A DNA stretch of 64,000 nucleotides from the NCBI GenBank assembly GCA_013265495.1, contig MU058213.1:1302001-1366000 (forward strand). Direction: 5' to 3'. Positions 10,111 to 22,710 of this stretch are shown one piece after another; within the stretch, counting starts at the first letter, position 1; each line of letters starts with the position of its first letter. The notes beneath the pieces were generated by a model. It saw only the letters and a list, made by a program, of their open reading frames with translations. It was not told where the DNA came from and ran no database searches. Origin of the DNA: Vicugna vicugna. Its lineage: Eukaryota. A program made the position numbers and the translations under genes.

Positions 10111-13100
10111 AGTAGATGTTACCATGAATGCTCTTAGTGCTTTTCTAGATACGAGGAGATGCAAGAATTTGGGTTCGTAAAATCTTTTCCTGAAAGTATC
10201 TAGTTGTCTGAAGGGTTGTTTTGCCAGTTTTCACAGAGTACAGAGTGCCTCATTCCTGATTTCCTCCCTGAACTTTCAGGCTGTGCTGAAGGTCAGTGAC
10301 TTCAGTGGCTTATGAGTTAATCCTTGTAGAGGCAGATGGCAAGTGCCCTCATGATCATAAATTCAATCATGGCTTGGGCGGCATTTCATGACCATTTTGT
10401 CCCATGGTGCTAGGAGTGCTCATTCCGAGGTCAGGCGAGGATTTCATTGACAGGCTACTCAATGTGCTATTACTGGACTGGGCATTATTAACAGTAGCAA
10501 AAGTCTCTGGACCACCTGTCTTACTAGTCTGTTATGGTCCAGGAAAATATCCCTCTTGTTGCTTTTTCCCATATCTAGAGTTACACCATTATAATCACAA
10601 ATAGAACTATATATCTGGTTACCTGCTTCAAGTTGCTACTTGTTGTTGTGAGCTTGAGTAACTTTGGAAGAAAATTCACATTTATGTCCAGGATTAGAGC
10701 AGATATTAATTGGCCAGGTGAGGGAATTCCACCTAGTAATCTCACTAAGGGCCTGAACAAAATTATAATCTCTTTCCTCTAGAATAAATTTCCTAAGGGC
10801 CTACCAACTAGACCCTTAGAGTGGAGAAATCCACCAAGGCAACCCAGAAGTACTGGACCTAGGTAGTTGACCATAAACCTAACAATTGGATTGACTTAAC
10901 TCATACTGTATAAGATTGTGAAATACATTTAGATTACTGAGTTTTAGAAACAAACCTAGAATGTTTTTATAATAATTCAATTAACTTTGTAATAATCCCC
11001 AAGGGCAGGTCAGCTTCTTGTTGGCTGTACCTTGCCCCCATTCTCAAAAATTGCATTTTAAAAAGATGGTGAGATAAGAGTTCCCAGAAAAGACTAGGTA
11101 GAACATTTGCATCTCAAAGGCAAGTTCCTCCTAGAATGATTTTGTTCCCTTAGGATCAGAAAAAGGTTTTTTTTTTTCCCCCTGATTCTTAAGTAGGGGA
11201 GGTTTTGGGAGGGGTGAAAGGATTGGTGGATTTTGGATTATTTCTGGAGCCACACCTCTGGTCCTGGCACTGATTGAGCAGTGGTGGTGGCCATACATCT
11301 GGTTTGTCTTTTGTCTCTTTTCTTACCTCTTTTCTCCTAGGAATGTTTTTGTTCTCTCAGGGCCAGAATTTTGAAAAGGTATCTAGTTTTTCCTAATTGC
11401 ATATGCAAAAAGAGCCAGTTTTGGAATTTTCAAAGAGTTTTCCTACACCAATTTTCTCTAGAGTCTAAAGAGTATTGTTATAATACCATCTTTTTCTTAG
11501 TCATAGACTAGTAACTAAAATCTTTCCAGTTAGACAGAATTTGCCCAGGAGGGCTCCATGGTGGAACAGAACCAGAATTTCCCATTTCACAAGACAGAAC
11601 ACAAGGTACAAAATACATACATGCATGACCAACACAGACTGAGCTCTATTTTCTTAATATCCTTGGGACTTCTCTCTTTTCACAAAACCACTGGTTTTAG
11701 TGACTTAAACTTAGTTCAGCTCCACATTGCCTAAGGGAAGACTGACATTTGATATACTTACCTAGGGTATTGTCTGGTACTTTAAGAAAAGAAGGCTTCC
11801 CCTCCACAACCTTTTACCCTTTCACCCTACAATTCTCTTGACAGTTGTGGCTGTGGAGAGGGGCGTGCTGAAAGGGACACAGTCCTCACAAGACTGCATC
11901 CACAGGAATCGTGTTTTTACACATGTATCATCCCATTTGAGTTTTATTCCTATTCTTCAAAGTGCTCTCTTGATTCAGAATGCAAGACACTCATTACTTT
12001 TGATAGGACTAGTCTATACATCAAGGTAGATCATGTCATGTAAGGGTTTATGGCATAACAGTAAGATTTAGTATATCACACAGTACAAATTTCACATGGG
12101 TTTCTTGATTGAATGGATTTTAAGGAGGGCATGCTTAAGATGAATTCACAGAACAGTCTTTGACTGACTAATACATAAGACTACAGTCTAATACAGCCCA
12201 TAGCAGGAACATATTCCTGCTTACTCAGAACCATTGTGGTAAGGTCAAGATCCAGTGTATGGAGCCAGCTTGAGAGAAAATAGCAAATGAAGTGGTAGAA
12301 AAAAATGCTTCGAATCTAACTTATAACCCATTTAAAAATGTTTTAAAAAACATTTGGAGAGAGAGTGCTTAGAGAGGGCTTTTTTTTTTTTGTAAAATAA
12401 TAGATATCTCAGCAATGAGACAGCTGTGAGAATCCAGTTTATATGAATTTGAGATGGCTCTGCTTAGATATATATTTGAGATGCATATGAGATGTGGAGT
12501 TATTAGAATAAGTCATGAGGTAAAAACAAATTGAGACTGGCTACTCAAGGCTATGTTTTAGAGGCTGTGACTTGAAGTGGCTGAGATAAACACTTAGCTC
12601 ACTCAACTGGGGATTATAATGGGAGCGCTGACAACCCTTACTAATTAGGACACTCTCAGGCAGCTCTGTAATAGCTTCGGGGAGCTGCTGTCAGTAAACA
12701 GTGTTATATTCGGGGAGTCATTGCATCGGGCATCTCTCTGCACCGCAGAGACTTCACTTACCTTGCTCCTGGCAGTCATCTTGCTTCCAGCTCTTCCTAT
12801 AACCCCAAGGATCTCAGTGCCCTTCTCCAAGAGACACAATGGATTCTGAGCTTACCCGCTGTCTCCTCCGTGGGCAGAAGGTGAAAGATGACACCTGCAA
12901 ACACACAAACTAATTATAACCCTGTTTAGTTTCTGTAGGTGAATCTCTCTATCTATCCCCTTTGCTCTTTCCCACATTTAATTCCTATTTGGTGAGGAGG
13001 GAAGGATTATTTCTGGAAACCAGCCTTTCCCCTCCAGCTCTCCTCCAGCCGCCAAACACAAGTAGTCATCCTGTGGTAATTAACAATCTCATCTTGGGGA

Positions 13101-13574
13101 GTACATTTTATGGTACTCTTGGTCAGGTAGATTCTAAATTAGCTCACTTAAAACGGGTCATAAGACACAATGCTGCCGTCCCTATTAGCTCTTGGACTTC
13201 CGCCAATGCACTGCACTATTTCGGGAGCTGGACTTCTGGCAAAAGGAATCATTACCCAGAGATTATGGGCAGGAGGAGTGGTGTGGAGGACATGCAGTAA
13301 TGACGGCCATCTCTCCTTCGGGCTTCACTCTCAAGTTCTGGGGTGATAAATGAAGGGTTAGAGAGGATTGATTATGGGGAGGGTAGGATCTGGGCATGCT
13401 GAGGGAGTGCTCAGGGACCTGTCACTGAGGTCACTGTCCCTGCCATTACCCAGGAATTCTGGGGAAAGGTTGCTGCCACTTTCACTCTTGGTTTCCCAAA
13501 AGCCCTGAAGAGGATAGAAGGGCTTTTCAAACACTGCAAAGAGTGGTTTGACCTCCCCAGGCCCTGCATGCAGA

Positions 13575-13748
13575 GTGGAATAGAGTGGAGAAAGGCTGGG
13601 GCCTCCAGACCCTTCTTGGGCAGAACGTCTGGATGACCTTGAGCAAGTCACTTTTTCCTTTCTTATCCTGTTTGTTCACCTACCAATTGAAGAGTTTGGG
13701 CAGTAAAACCCCTGAAGTCCTTCCTATCTCAAACACCTTATGACTCTG
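13575..13748 (+). mobile_element. MIR3/MIRc-like SINE
   Basis: atgaccttgagcaagtcacttt...ctgaagtccttcctatctcaaacaccttatgactct. Confidence 0.65.
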
Positions 13749-14834
13749 GAATTCTCTGCAAACCAGGGAGTCAAGTCGACCTGGGATGTTCACCTGACTC
13801 TCTGGAGACAGTTGTGGGCTCTGTGGGCCCAGGTTGAGTGCTCTTCTTAGGGCGGTGTTTAAGGCCTAATTGCCTCTGGGTCTGAAAATACATCTTTTTA
13901 AGATTTTTTTTATTGGCCACCTTTGATGTTTTGAGTTTGGAGGGTGCAAGGAATTCAGCACAGAATAACCCACAATGTTCTGAATGCCAGGAGAAGAACA
14001 CTTAACTTCAAAAAGTTTTTGCAAACGAGCTTTTTATTTAAGGACCGACAGTGTGCCAAAGCAGTTTGGCTGGAGCATGTGTGTGCATGTACTCAGGAGA
14101 AGTAGGGGATAGATTACTGCCATGGACAAGGTACTCTCTCTGCCCTTAAGCAGTTTGCAATCTAAAGGAGAACAATGTGGGCTCAAATAAATCAAAGGAG
14201 TGAGAAGAAATACAGAAGAGGGTTGAGTTTGAGCTGAAGTATCCAGTAGAGAAATTTGAAATTAGAATGAGAGTGGAGGGGAAAGTTTTAACAGCATAAT
14301 AGTGTTAGGGTCCTACCTAGATCTGGAATGAAAAACATTCGGTGGCTCTTGATCTTGGGGCACTGGTGTCACTAAGGATTCCACAGCTTTACTTCCTCTG
14401 GGCATAATTTACTAGGCAAGGGAGTCTATGAAATGTAGTTTTAAGCCTCCTGGACTCTGTGATACACAGCTGGGGAATGGGAGAATGACTGTAGGAGGGG
14501 GATTGAAATAGTGCTTTGAGTGATAAAAGCTTAGATTGGATCCACAGGGCAAGGAGAAGTCACTTTGGCACATTAAAGTGTGGGTTGGTGTGCTTATCAC
14601 CTCACTGGAAAAAAAGACTTTGGCAGCATTTAGAAGGTATGGTGAAAGAGACGGTCATCAGTGTAAGACTTTAATAAAATAGTAACAGCTCAGACCACAG
14701 AAGATAAGATATGCAAAACTTTGTGAAAATTTAAATACAAGAGATAAAAGAAAAATCTCATCCACATTGAAATATATGCAATATTTGTTTGAAAATGTTC
14801 ATGTACAGGTGGATGATTAAGAAGAAATAAAAAA

Positions 14835-15070
14835 CAATAGCTACTATCTACTGAATTTTTATTATATGCCAGGTATGTTTTACTTACTTTAAATACTATC
14901 TCATCATCCTCACAACAATCCCATATGGTAGGTATTGTGACCCCAATTTACACGTGAAGAAACTAAGTCTATGAGACAGTAAATGACTTGCTTAAGATAC
15001 ACAGTTAACAACTACGGAAGATCAGGTCACAGTTAGGGAGAGTCTTTCTCCTAAGTCTAGGCTTATCTGA
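14835..15070 (-). mobile_element. MIR SINE
   Basis: atcctcacaacaatcccatatggtaggtatt...gaagaaactaagtct...aaatgacttgc. Confidence 0.8.
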
Positions 15071-16017
15071 TTCTGAGTTTTATTTCCTATGAGTATAACC
15101 TGATTTGTTCATGAAACATCATGCTTGTTATATTTATAACATTTTCCAGTAATTTTTAAGGAAGATATGAATTTTGAAGCATTTTAAGATTGATGAGTAA
15201 AATATTTAAGGTAAGATGTTAATACAATAGTACTGAGACCCAGTGCCCTCCACATGATTTCTGAAAACCACTGACAGAAATGTAATCATCTTCATCATCA
15301 TAGCTCTTGCCATTAAGTGCAAACATTAGCAGACAGACATGCTTCAAGAGCTGGAGGAAGATGAATTTATGCCCCTGAAAGGAAACTGCCATTTTCACAA
15401 GGGAAGGAAGGAGTTCTGTGTGTTGATTTTTGACCTAGAGATTCGAGGGAGTATTCCTGCTATGGCTTCAAAAGACCCAGAGCAGAGGGGGAACTGAAAG
15501 TAAGGTCTTTTCTGAAAACAAGTGCTTTTCATGCTCATGTGATATGTAAAGTTTTCTTTTATATTAAATATAACATTGACATCTTTTCTCAACTTTTTGT
15601 CTGACTCACATTAAACTGGAAAAAATGAAGATGATTCCTTAATGTTTGGCAGTTGGCAGCTCCATGTATAATAAAATTGAAAACCATTAAATGTAAATTC
15701 AGTGAGAAAATGGGTGATTTAACTACATTTTTCTTTTAAATGACTATAAAAAGTTCTTGTGTCTCCTCAACTGGTAAAGTAGAACTTTCTGGCATTGGGT
15801 GTTGTAGGTTGCTGGAATGATGTGATTCTTTAGGTCTGTGCAGAATTTTCTCCCCTGAGACTTGAAAACTAGTGTCTCATTTGAGATAGTTTAGAGGTAG
15901 TCCTTTTTATGGGGAGGAGGAGAAACCAAATGGTCCCTTTGGGTTTCTTTATGCTTTTATAAAATGATATACCATGTCATACTGTGTACTTAAGGATTTA
16001 TTTTTTCCACATGTATC

Positions 16018-16500
16018 TGTCATGGGCTTAGTCGGGAAGAAGAGTCCACTTTGACTAGTTAAAGCAAGAAAGGGGTTGACATAAAGGATATTAAAAGTGG
16101 GGGAGAAACTCACTTGAATCAAGCTTCTAGGTGGATCACCCACACCTAGCTGCAGAAACTGTCCTGGTGGGAAAGCGCTGAAGCTGTTGAGCACCAGATG
16201 ATGCCAGGAAGCCAAAGTTACTGCAAGTGCTAAAGCCACCAGCCCTGCTGCTACTTTTGTGCCAGAAATTCTACCCTGAACAACCAGAAAACCTCTGCAG
16301 GCATGGCTGCCTCCACTACCAAATCTACATGCCTCTGCAGGTCCTCTCCCCAGGAACAAGGGATGTCCCATTAGCCCATAATCTACATTGCATACTTTCC
16401 CCAAACATTATCACCTTTTGTGTGCCTACTTGGCAGAGCTTAAACCTCAGGCATGGGTCCGCACTGCAGGGGAGGCTGGGCATTTGTGCCCTACATTGGG
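16018..16500 (-). mobile_element. MLT1-like (MaLR) LTR, degenerate
   Basis: ccactttgactagttaaagcaagaaagggg...aaaggatatt...ctcacttgaatc resembles a reversed MLT1 end. Confidence 0.45.
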
Positions 16501-16689
16501 GAGTTTGGATTCACAATGTGGGGATTTCCCCAGGTAGAGGAAGTCAATTCAAAAGATAATGGGCCCTGTGAACATGGCAGATACCACTACTCCATCCCAA
16601 GCAACTTCTGGCTTCCAAGTATGTGAAGGAGTGGCATGTGGGCAAGAAAAGACCAGAGGAAACTTATTGAGAGGCTCTATAGCAGATGT

Positions 16690-17077
16690 AGTGGGTGTGC
16701 AACCCATGTCTATTGGAACTCAGCATTTAAGGTGTTCTGTTCCTTCCAGCCGCCAGCATCTGCATCTCTTGGCCCTAGGGCAGGAGTGCTGGGGGAACAC
16801 CATCTCCAGCAGCTGTCAATCAATCACTGAGCCCAGCTCCCTTGTCCCTGGGATGGGATAACCCAGAGGCTCTTGTTTTACACAGTGTCCCAGAGTTTCT
16901 CCCTGGCACTAAGCCCCAGTCATCCACAGTATAGCTGGCTTAATATCTGACACTTTATTGCTTCCTTCCCTGCCGGGTCTCACTTGTCCCTTGCCTACTG
17001 ATGTTTCCTGTGCCTCTCAAGTATACAGTCTGTGCCTTATCTTAGGTCTGCCTCAGGGGGATCCAATGCTAAGATGA
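16690..17077 (+). mobile_element. LTR16-like ERVL LTR
   Basis: cctgggatgggataacccagaggc...ctcccctggcactaagccccag-like core; ends ggtctgcctcagggggatccaatgctaaga. Confidence 0.6.
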
Positions 17078-18299
17078 CCTTTTTTCCCTAGGTGCTCTCA
17101 CATTATGAGTTAATTCTTTTATATGTTTAATGAGGAAGAGAGGCACAGTTTCTAGCCTGGCTTCCAAAGAAGGCTTCCTTACTCACTCACTGTGAAGTCT
17201 GTCATGCAGTAGGCTGCTCGGGGCAGGGCTGTGCCTCCAGGTCTTCAGGCTTGGCTGCAAAAGACCTCACTGCTTCTCCTTGCTGCCCTTGGCGACAGTT
17301 CTGGCTACAGAAAATCACTCCTAGGACTGTCCTCTGTACAAATTGCTGCTAAAATACTTTAAAAGGGTTTAGCTTACTTCTCTCAGAGCTCTCCTCTGCT
17401 CCTTTCCAGGTGGCAGGAGACAAAAGAGAGAGGGTGAAGCAGAATAGTTTTGAGCCCTTACAATGCCCAAAATATAGGCTCTCTGCCTCCTAAGACTAGC
17501 TTTCTTTCAACAGAAGGATGTAATTTCCACTTTGCTCTACAAGAATAAATAAAGCAATCACCATTCTGTCAGTTTTCTAGCTTGGAGTTCTTTCAGGTGA
17601 TTTTATATCCCGCAGTGCCACTGTCGACAAAGCCTTAGCTGGGCTGAGCTACCTGCCAAACTTTCCAGTGTACCTCCATAGGAGCACTGGTGGAAACTCT
17701 TTTCTGAGAGAGCCTGCATACTCCATAAAAATCAGAAAATTTGTACATAGCTTTTCAACATGGAATGGAACAGAGTTTAGGACCCCTTCAAAGCATGCTC
17801 TTTTAAGAGTATCTTTAACACTTGAAGAAAGAAATCCCTTTTCAAAAGGTACTGTCTTCCCTCGAGCCTCGCTCTCCGCTGGCTCCAACTGCCCACCAGC
17901 CCTTCCACCCCTCTCTGTGTGTATGGGCTTCTCACATGCCTGCCCCTTTGCTTTTTCCAGATACAAAAGTCAAACACTCCTACTGCAGTACCTTTTCTCT
18001 GAAAACACTTGACCCACGAGTTCCATAAACACTCTGTTTTCAAGTTGTGGAAAATGGAGGCACAGAAGAGAGAAGTGATGCCTTTAGAGTTGTTCGTGGC
18101 GCAGAGGGAAGGAGAGCTGCCTCAGAAAATGCTCCCTGAGGAATTAGACAGAAAGGCTTTTATGCCACTTAGTGCTTGAAAAGAACCACTAGAAGGGGCC
18201 AGCGTGGAGGGCGCTTGAGGACGAATTCAACAAATACTGCAGAATATAAGGTTTTGCTTTTCCCTTTCTCTAAATTATTTTTTTTGGAAAATAAGAAGT

Positions 18300-18640
18300 T
18301 GTCTTATAGCTGTTTAGTCAATACCAAAATTTTTTTGAGTGCCTACTATGTGCTTGGCAATGCTCTAGACCAGGGGTCAGCAAACTTTTCTGTAAAGGGC
18401 CAGATAGTAAATATTTTACGCTATGCAAGCCATACAGTCCGTGTTATAACTGTTCAACTCTGCTGTTACAGAGAAAAAGCAGCCATAGATGGTATTCAGA
18501 TGAATAGGCGTGCAGGTTTAAAACTGTTTATAAAATCTTTGTTCACAAATTTGGCCCATATGCCGTATTTGCTAATCCCTGCTCTAGGCACTGGGGACAC
18601 AGTAGTTCACAGAACAATATCCCTGCCTTCAAAAAAAAAT
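18300..18640 (-). mobile_element. L2 3' end interrupted by MER58
   Basis: ttgagtgcctactatgtgcttggcaatgctctag [MER58] gcactggggacacagtag...tccctgccttcaa. Confidence 0.75.
18371..18581 (+). mobile_element. MER58A-like hAT-Charlie DNA transposon with 8-bp TSD
   Basis: TIRs caggggtcagcaaac / tttgctaatccctg; TSD ctctagac (18363-18370) vs ctctaggc (18582-18589). Confidence 0.85.
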
Positions 18641-19556
18641 CTACATTCTGACGTTAAGTGCTACTTTAAAATCTGAATCCTTACCAACGAAACCACAACT
18701 GAATGCTAAACAATCATTGAAGAACTCTGGAATGTAGCACAAAAGATCTTCTGCAATTGGGAACATAAAGAGGGAACCACAGCAGGACAGTAGGAGGGGT
18801 GTGCTCACGATATAATTGGGCCCCATACCCCCTGGTGGGCGACCCACAGCTTATGAATAGTTAAGTCGAAGAGTTCCTCCCACAGGAGTGAGAGCTCTGA
18901 GCCCCACCTCAGGCTCCTCAGCTTGGGTCTTGGCACTGGGAAGAGGAATTCCCAGGACATCTGGTTTTGAAGGCCAGGGGTGTTTGGCTCTGGGAGCCTC
19001 ACAGGACTGGGGCAAATGGAGACTCCATTCACTTGAGAAGCGTACATGGAAACTCACGTGTACCAGGTCCAAGGACAGAGGCAGTGATTTCACAGGAACC
19101 TGGGCCAGACCTGCCTGCTGGATTTGGGGGGTCTCCTGGGGACGTGGGGGATGGCTGCAACTCACTCGGGACATAAAAGCTGGTGGTGGACATTCCAGGA
19201 GTGTTAATCTACCTGAGCTTTCCTGAAGGCTGACATCTTGATTGGATCATTAGCACCAAGACCTAGCCCCACCCAACAGCCTGTAGGGAAGCCTCAGGCC
19301 AAACAACATACAGGGTGGGAACACAGCCACACCCATCATCAGACTTCCTAAATCACAAAGGCCTCTAGGCACAACCCTACCCACCAGAGGTCCAGGACCA
19401 AGCCTCACCCAGCAATGGGCAGGCACTGGCTCCTCCTGCCAGGAAACCTGCATAAGCCTCTAGTCTAGCCTCATCCACTGGGGCAGATACTAGAAATAAA
19501 ACAATAACCCCAAAGCCTGTGGAAGGAATCCACAAACACATAGAAACATAGACGAT

Positions 19557-20451
19557 ACGAGGTGGCAAAGGAATATCTCCCAGGCCAAGGCACAAGATAA
19601 AATCCCAAAAGAAGAAATAAGTGATGAGTAGATGGGTAATTTATCTGAGAAAGAGTTTAAAGTAATGATGGCAAAGATGTTCAGAGAACTCAAGATGAGC
19701 ATAGATACACAGAGTGAAGTTTTTAGCAAAGAGTTGGAAAATATAAAGAATACCCAAACAGAGTTGAAGAATAAAATCACTGAAATGAACAATACACTAG
19801 GAAGAGTCAAGAATAGACTAAATGAGGCAGAAGAATGGATCAGTGAGCTAGAAAACAGATTAGTGGAATTCACTACTTCAGAGAAGAAAACAGAAAGAAA
19901 AAAAAAAAGGAATGAGGATAGTTTAAGAGAACTCTGGGACAACATGAAGTGCTCTAATATTTGCATGATAGGGGTCCCAGAAAGAGAAGAGAGAAAGAAA
20001 GGACCTGAGAAAATTTTTGGAGCGATAATAACCAAAAACTTCCCCACCTTGGGAAAGGAAACAGTCACCCAAGTCCAGGAAGCGCAGAGATTACCACACA
20101 GAATCAACCCAAAGAGGAACACAACACCAAGACACATAGTCATCAAATTGACAACAATTAAGGATAAGGAGAAAATATTAAAATTAGCAAGAGAATAGCA
20201 ACAAATAACATACAAGGGAACTCCCATAAGATTATCAGCTGATTTTTCAGCAGAAACACTACAAGCCAGAAGGGAGTGGCACTATATATTTAAAGTGATG
20301 CAAGGGGGAAACTTACAACCAAGGATACAGTATCCAGGAAGGCTCTCATTCAGACTTGATGGAGAAATCAAAAGCTTCACATAAACAAAAGCTAAAAGAT
20401 TTCAGCACCACCAAACCAGTTTTACAACAAATGTTAAAGGACCTTTTCTAG
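19557..20451 (+). pseudogene. L1 ORF1p, disrupted
   Basis: ORF 19632-20198 has coiled coil and L1 ORF1 motifs (NICMIGVPE, QEAQRLP, TPRHIVIK). Frame continues past TAG as ITYKGTPIRLSADFSAETLQARREW. Start mutated to ACG (19557); stops at 19629 and 20196; frameshift ~20380. Confidence 0.92.
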
Positions 20452-20510
20452 TCATCAAACCATAAGACAAGAGAACAAAAAGAAGAAAGAGGAAAAAAAG
20501 AGACCTACAA

Positions 20511-20791
20511 AAGATTGCTTTGGCTGTTCGGGGTCTTTTGTAGTTCCTTATAAATTTTGGAATTGTTTGTTGTAGTTCTGTGAGGAATGTCACAAGTATT
20601 TTGATGGGGGTTGCATTGGATCTGTGTATTGCTTTGGGTAGTGTGGCCATTTTGATAGTGTTGATTCTTCCAATCCAAGAGCACAAGAAATCTTTCCATT
20701 TCTTTGTGTCATTTTGATTTTCAGAGTATAGGTAACCTCATTGGTTTAGTTTATTTCTAGGTATTTTGCTGTTTTTGATGTAATGGAAATG
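20511..20791 (-). mobile_element. Inverted L1 ORF2 fragment
   Basis: CSWIGRINTIKMATLPKAIHRSNATPIKI...PRTAKAI matches the post-RT region of L1 ORF2. Confidence 0.9.
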
Positions 20792-21139
20792 TCTCTGCCA
20801 GTTATAAAATTCTGGTTTTTGAAGTGAAAAAAAAAAGTGAATGAAGAAATAGCACAAATAGCAAAATAGCCTTCTTTTTTATGGGTGACTTGTGTTCCAT
20901 TACATATATATATATGCTGCATTTCCATTATCTATTCAACTATTTATGTGCACTTAGGATGCTTCCATATCTTGGCAATTATAAATAATGTTGCTGTTAA
21001 TTGCAGGGTGTATGTATCTTTTTGAGTTAAATCTTATTTTGTGGTTGGCTTTATTCCTTTGATAACTATGTAAGTTTAAAAAGCTAAGCTCCAAACATTC
21101 TTAGAAACAATGAACAGTACATATATGTAAATTAAAAAT

Positions 21140-21664
21140 ATATGTGCAGTTAAAAATAATGATCTATCAAGCCATGAAAGACATAGAAGAAACTTAAAAG
21201 ACATTACTAAATGAAACAAGTCAGTCTGAATGGCTACAAACTGTACAGTTCCAACCAAATGACGCTCTGGAAAAGGCACAGCTAAGAAACAATAAAAAGA
21301 TTGTCATTTCCAGGGGTTTGGGGAGAAGGAGGGAGGAAGGAATGAATAGATGGAGCACAAGGGATTTTTAGAGCAATGAAATTATTCTGTATGATACTGT
21401 AGTGGTGGCTACATGTCATTATGCATTTGTCAAAACCCATAGAATGTACAACATCAAGCTTGAACCCTAATGTAAACTATTGGTTGATAATAATGTGCCC
21501 ATGTTGGTTCATTAATTGTACCAAATATGCCACACTGATGAGGGATGTTGAGGGTACAGGAGTATATATTTGTGAGTGGGGAGGGCTATGTATGAATTCT
21601 GTATTTTCTGCTTAATTCTGCTGTGAACCTGAAACTGCTCTAAAAGAATTAAGTTTGTTAAAAA
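21140..21664 (+). mobile_element. L1MC-like 3' end
   Basis: atgtcattatgcatttgtcaaaacccatagaatgtacaac...gaaccctaatgtaaactat...ctgtgaacctgaaactgctctaaaag. Confidence 0.8.
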
Positions 21665-22079
21665 AAAATCCAAATCCTTACCAATGGGCACTTGTGGTTT
21701 GGGATGAACATTCAGCTACAGCATTGTACATGGATTCCAAACAGGCCTAGATGGTAGTGAAGATGGTATGTCCTAGAAATTTGAAGTGACCCAAAAAGTG
21801 ACTCTAAAAAAGATGTCAAACATGCTTGTGATGAGTTTGAGTAACGTGAGATTGACAAAGAAAAAATACTTGTAAATTGGTATTTCTAGATGGATTCTGT
21901 AGATGTAATTTAAATATATATGTGAATGAAATGAAAATACTAACTTTCTAAGAAGAAATTGGGGTATTTAATTCACCTTCTGGAAATGGTGTATTCAAGT
22001 TGGATAACATAGTTTTGGGAGACAGTCACTTTGGGGGAAACAGGAGATTGCTTTCTTTTTCATCTCCCATGCTGTCATC

Positions 22080-22710
22080 ATCTCATTCCTTGATCCAGCT
22101 TTCTCCCTTCTTCTACTCTTGCTCTCACACCCCTCACAGTCTACTCTCCACAAACCTTTCATAGTGATTATTTTAACATGGAAATCAGATCATGTGGCTC
22201 TACTGCTTAGGACCCTCATATGACTTCCCCTCAAGTCTGGAACACTACCCAAGATCCTTCTCCTGGCCTAAGGCCACCATAACCAGGCCCTCACCTCCCT
22301 CTCCAGCCCATTTCCTAGCCCTTCTCTGATCCAACTTTACTCCCTTTCTTGCTGGTCCTTGACTCATGGCCTTCTTTCTGTGTAGCACTTCCTCAGATCT
22401 CCGTGTGGCTGGCTCCCTCACTTCATATAGGTCTCTGCTATATGATCTCCTCAGAGACACCTCCCCAGCTGCTCTGTCTAAAGAACTCCTTAGTCACTCT
22501 CTATCCCCTTAATCTGGTTCTTTTTCTTCAAAGCATTAATTACTCTCTGCCTTTGTTATATGTATATTTGCATATTTGCCAGTCTCCCCCTCTGGAATGT
22601 AAGCTCCATGAGGGCTTTGTCTTTTTTAATGCTGTATTCTCCGTGCCTAGAATAGTGCCTTGCATATAGTAGACAGTCAATAAATATTGAATACATGAAT
22701 AAATAAGTAA
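22080..22710 (+). mobile_element. L2 3' region
   Basis: ggaatgtaagctccatgaggg...gtgcctagaatagtgccttgcatatagtagacagtcaataaatattgaat. Confidence 0.85.

Larger units (their letters stand above)
9149..11790 (-). mobile_element. Chimeric class I ERV remnant ending in poly(A) (processed retrocopy); 5' boundary uncertain
   Basis: T13 at 9149-9161 lies 18 nt past minus-strand AATAAA (9180-9185); LTR U3-R 9162-9521; env TM remnant; second LTR-like U3 fragment ~10113-10350; ERV-internal-like sequence to ~11790. Confidence 0.7.
18688..21664 (+). mobile_element. Composite L1 element: 5'UTR + ORF1 (+), inverted L1 fragments (-), L1MC-like 3' end and A-tail (+), flanked by ~20-bp TSD
   Basis: TSD aaaatctgaatccttaccaa (18668-18687) vs aaaatccaaatccttaccaa (21665-21684); internal parts recognised by translation and sequence. 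Confidence 0.8.

Noticed and set aside
18176..18676. 166-aa ORF
   Set aside because: Runs through L2 and MER58 remnants; chance open frame
19490..20227. 245-aa minus-strand ORF (longest in window)
   Set aside because: Antisense shadow of A-rich L1 ORF1, hence the Phe/Leu/Ser-rich composition
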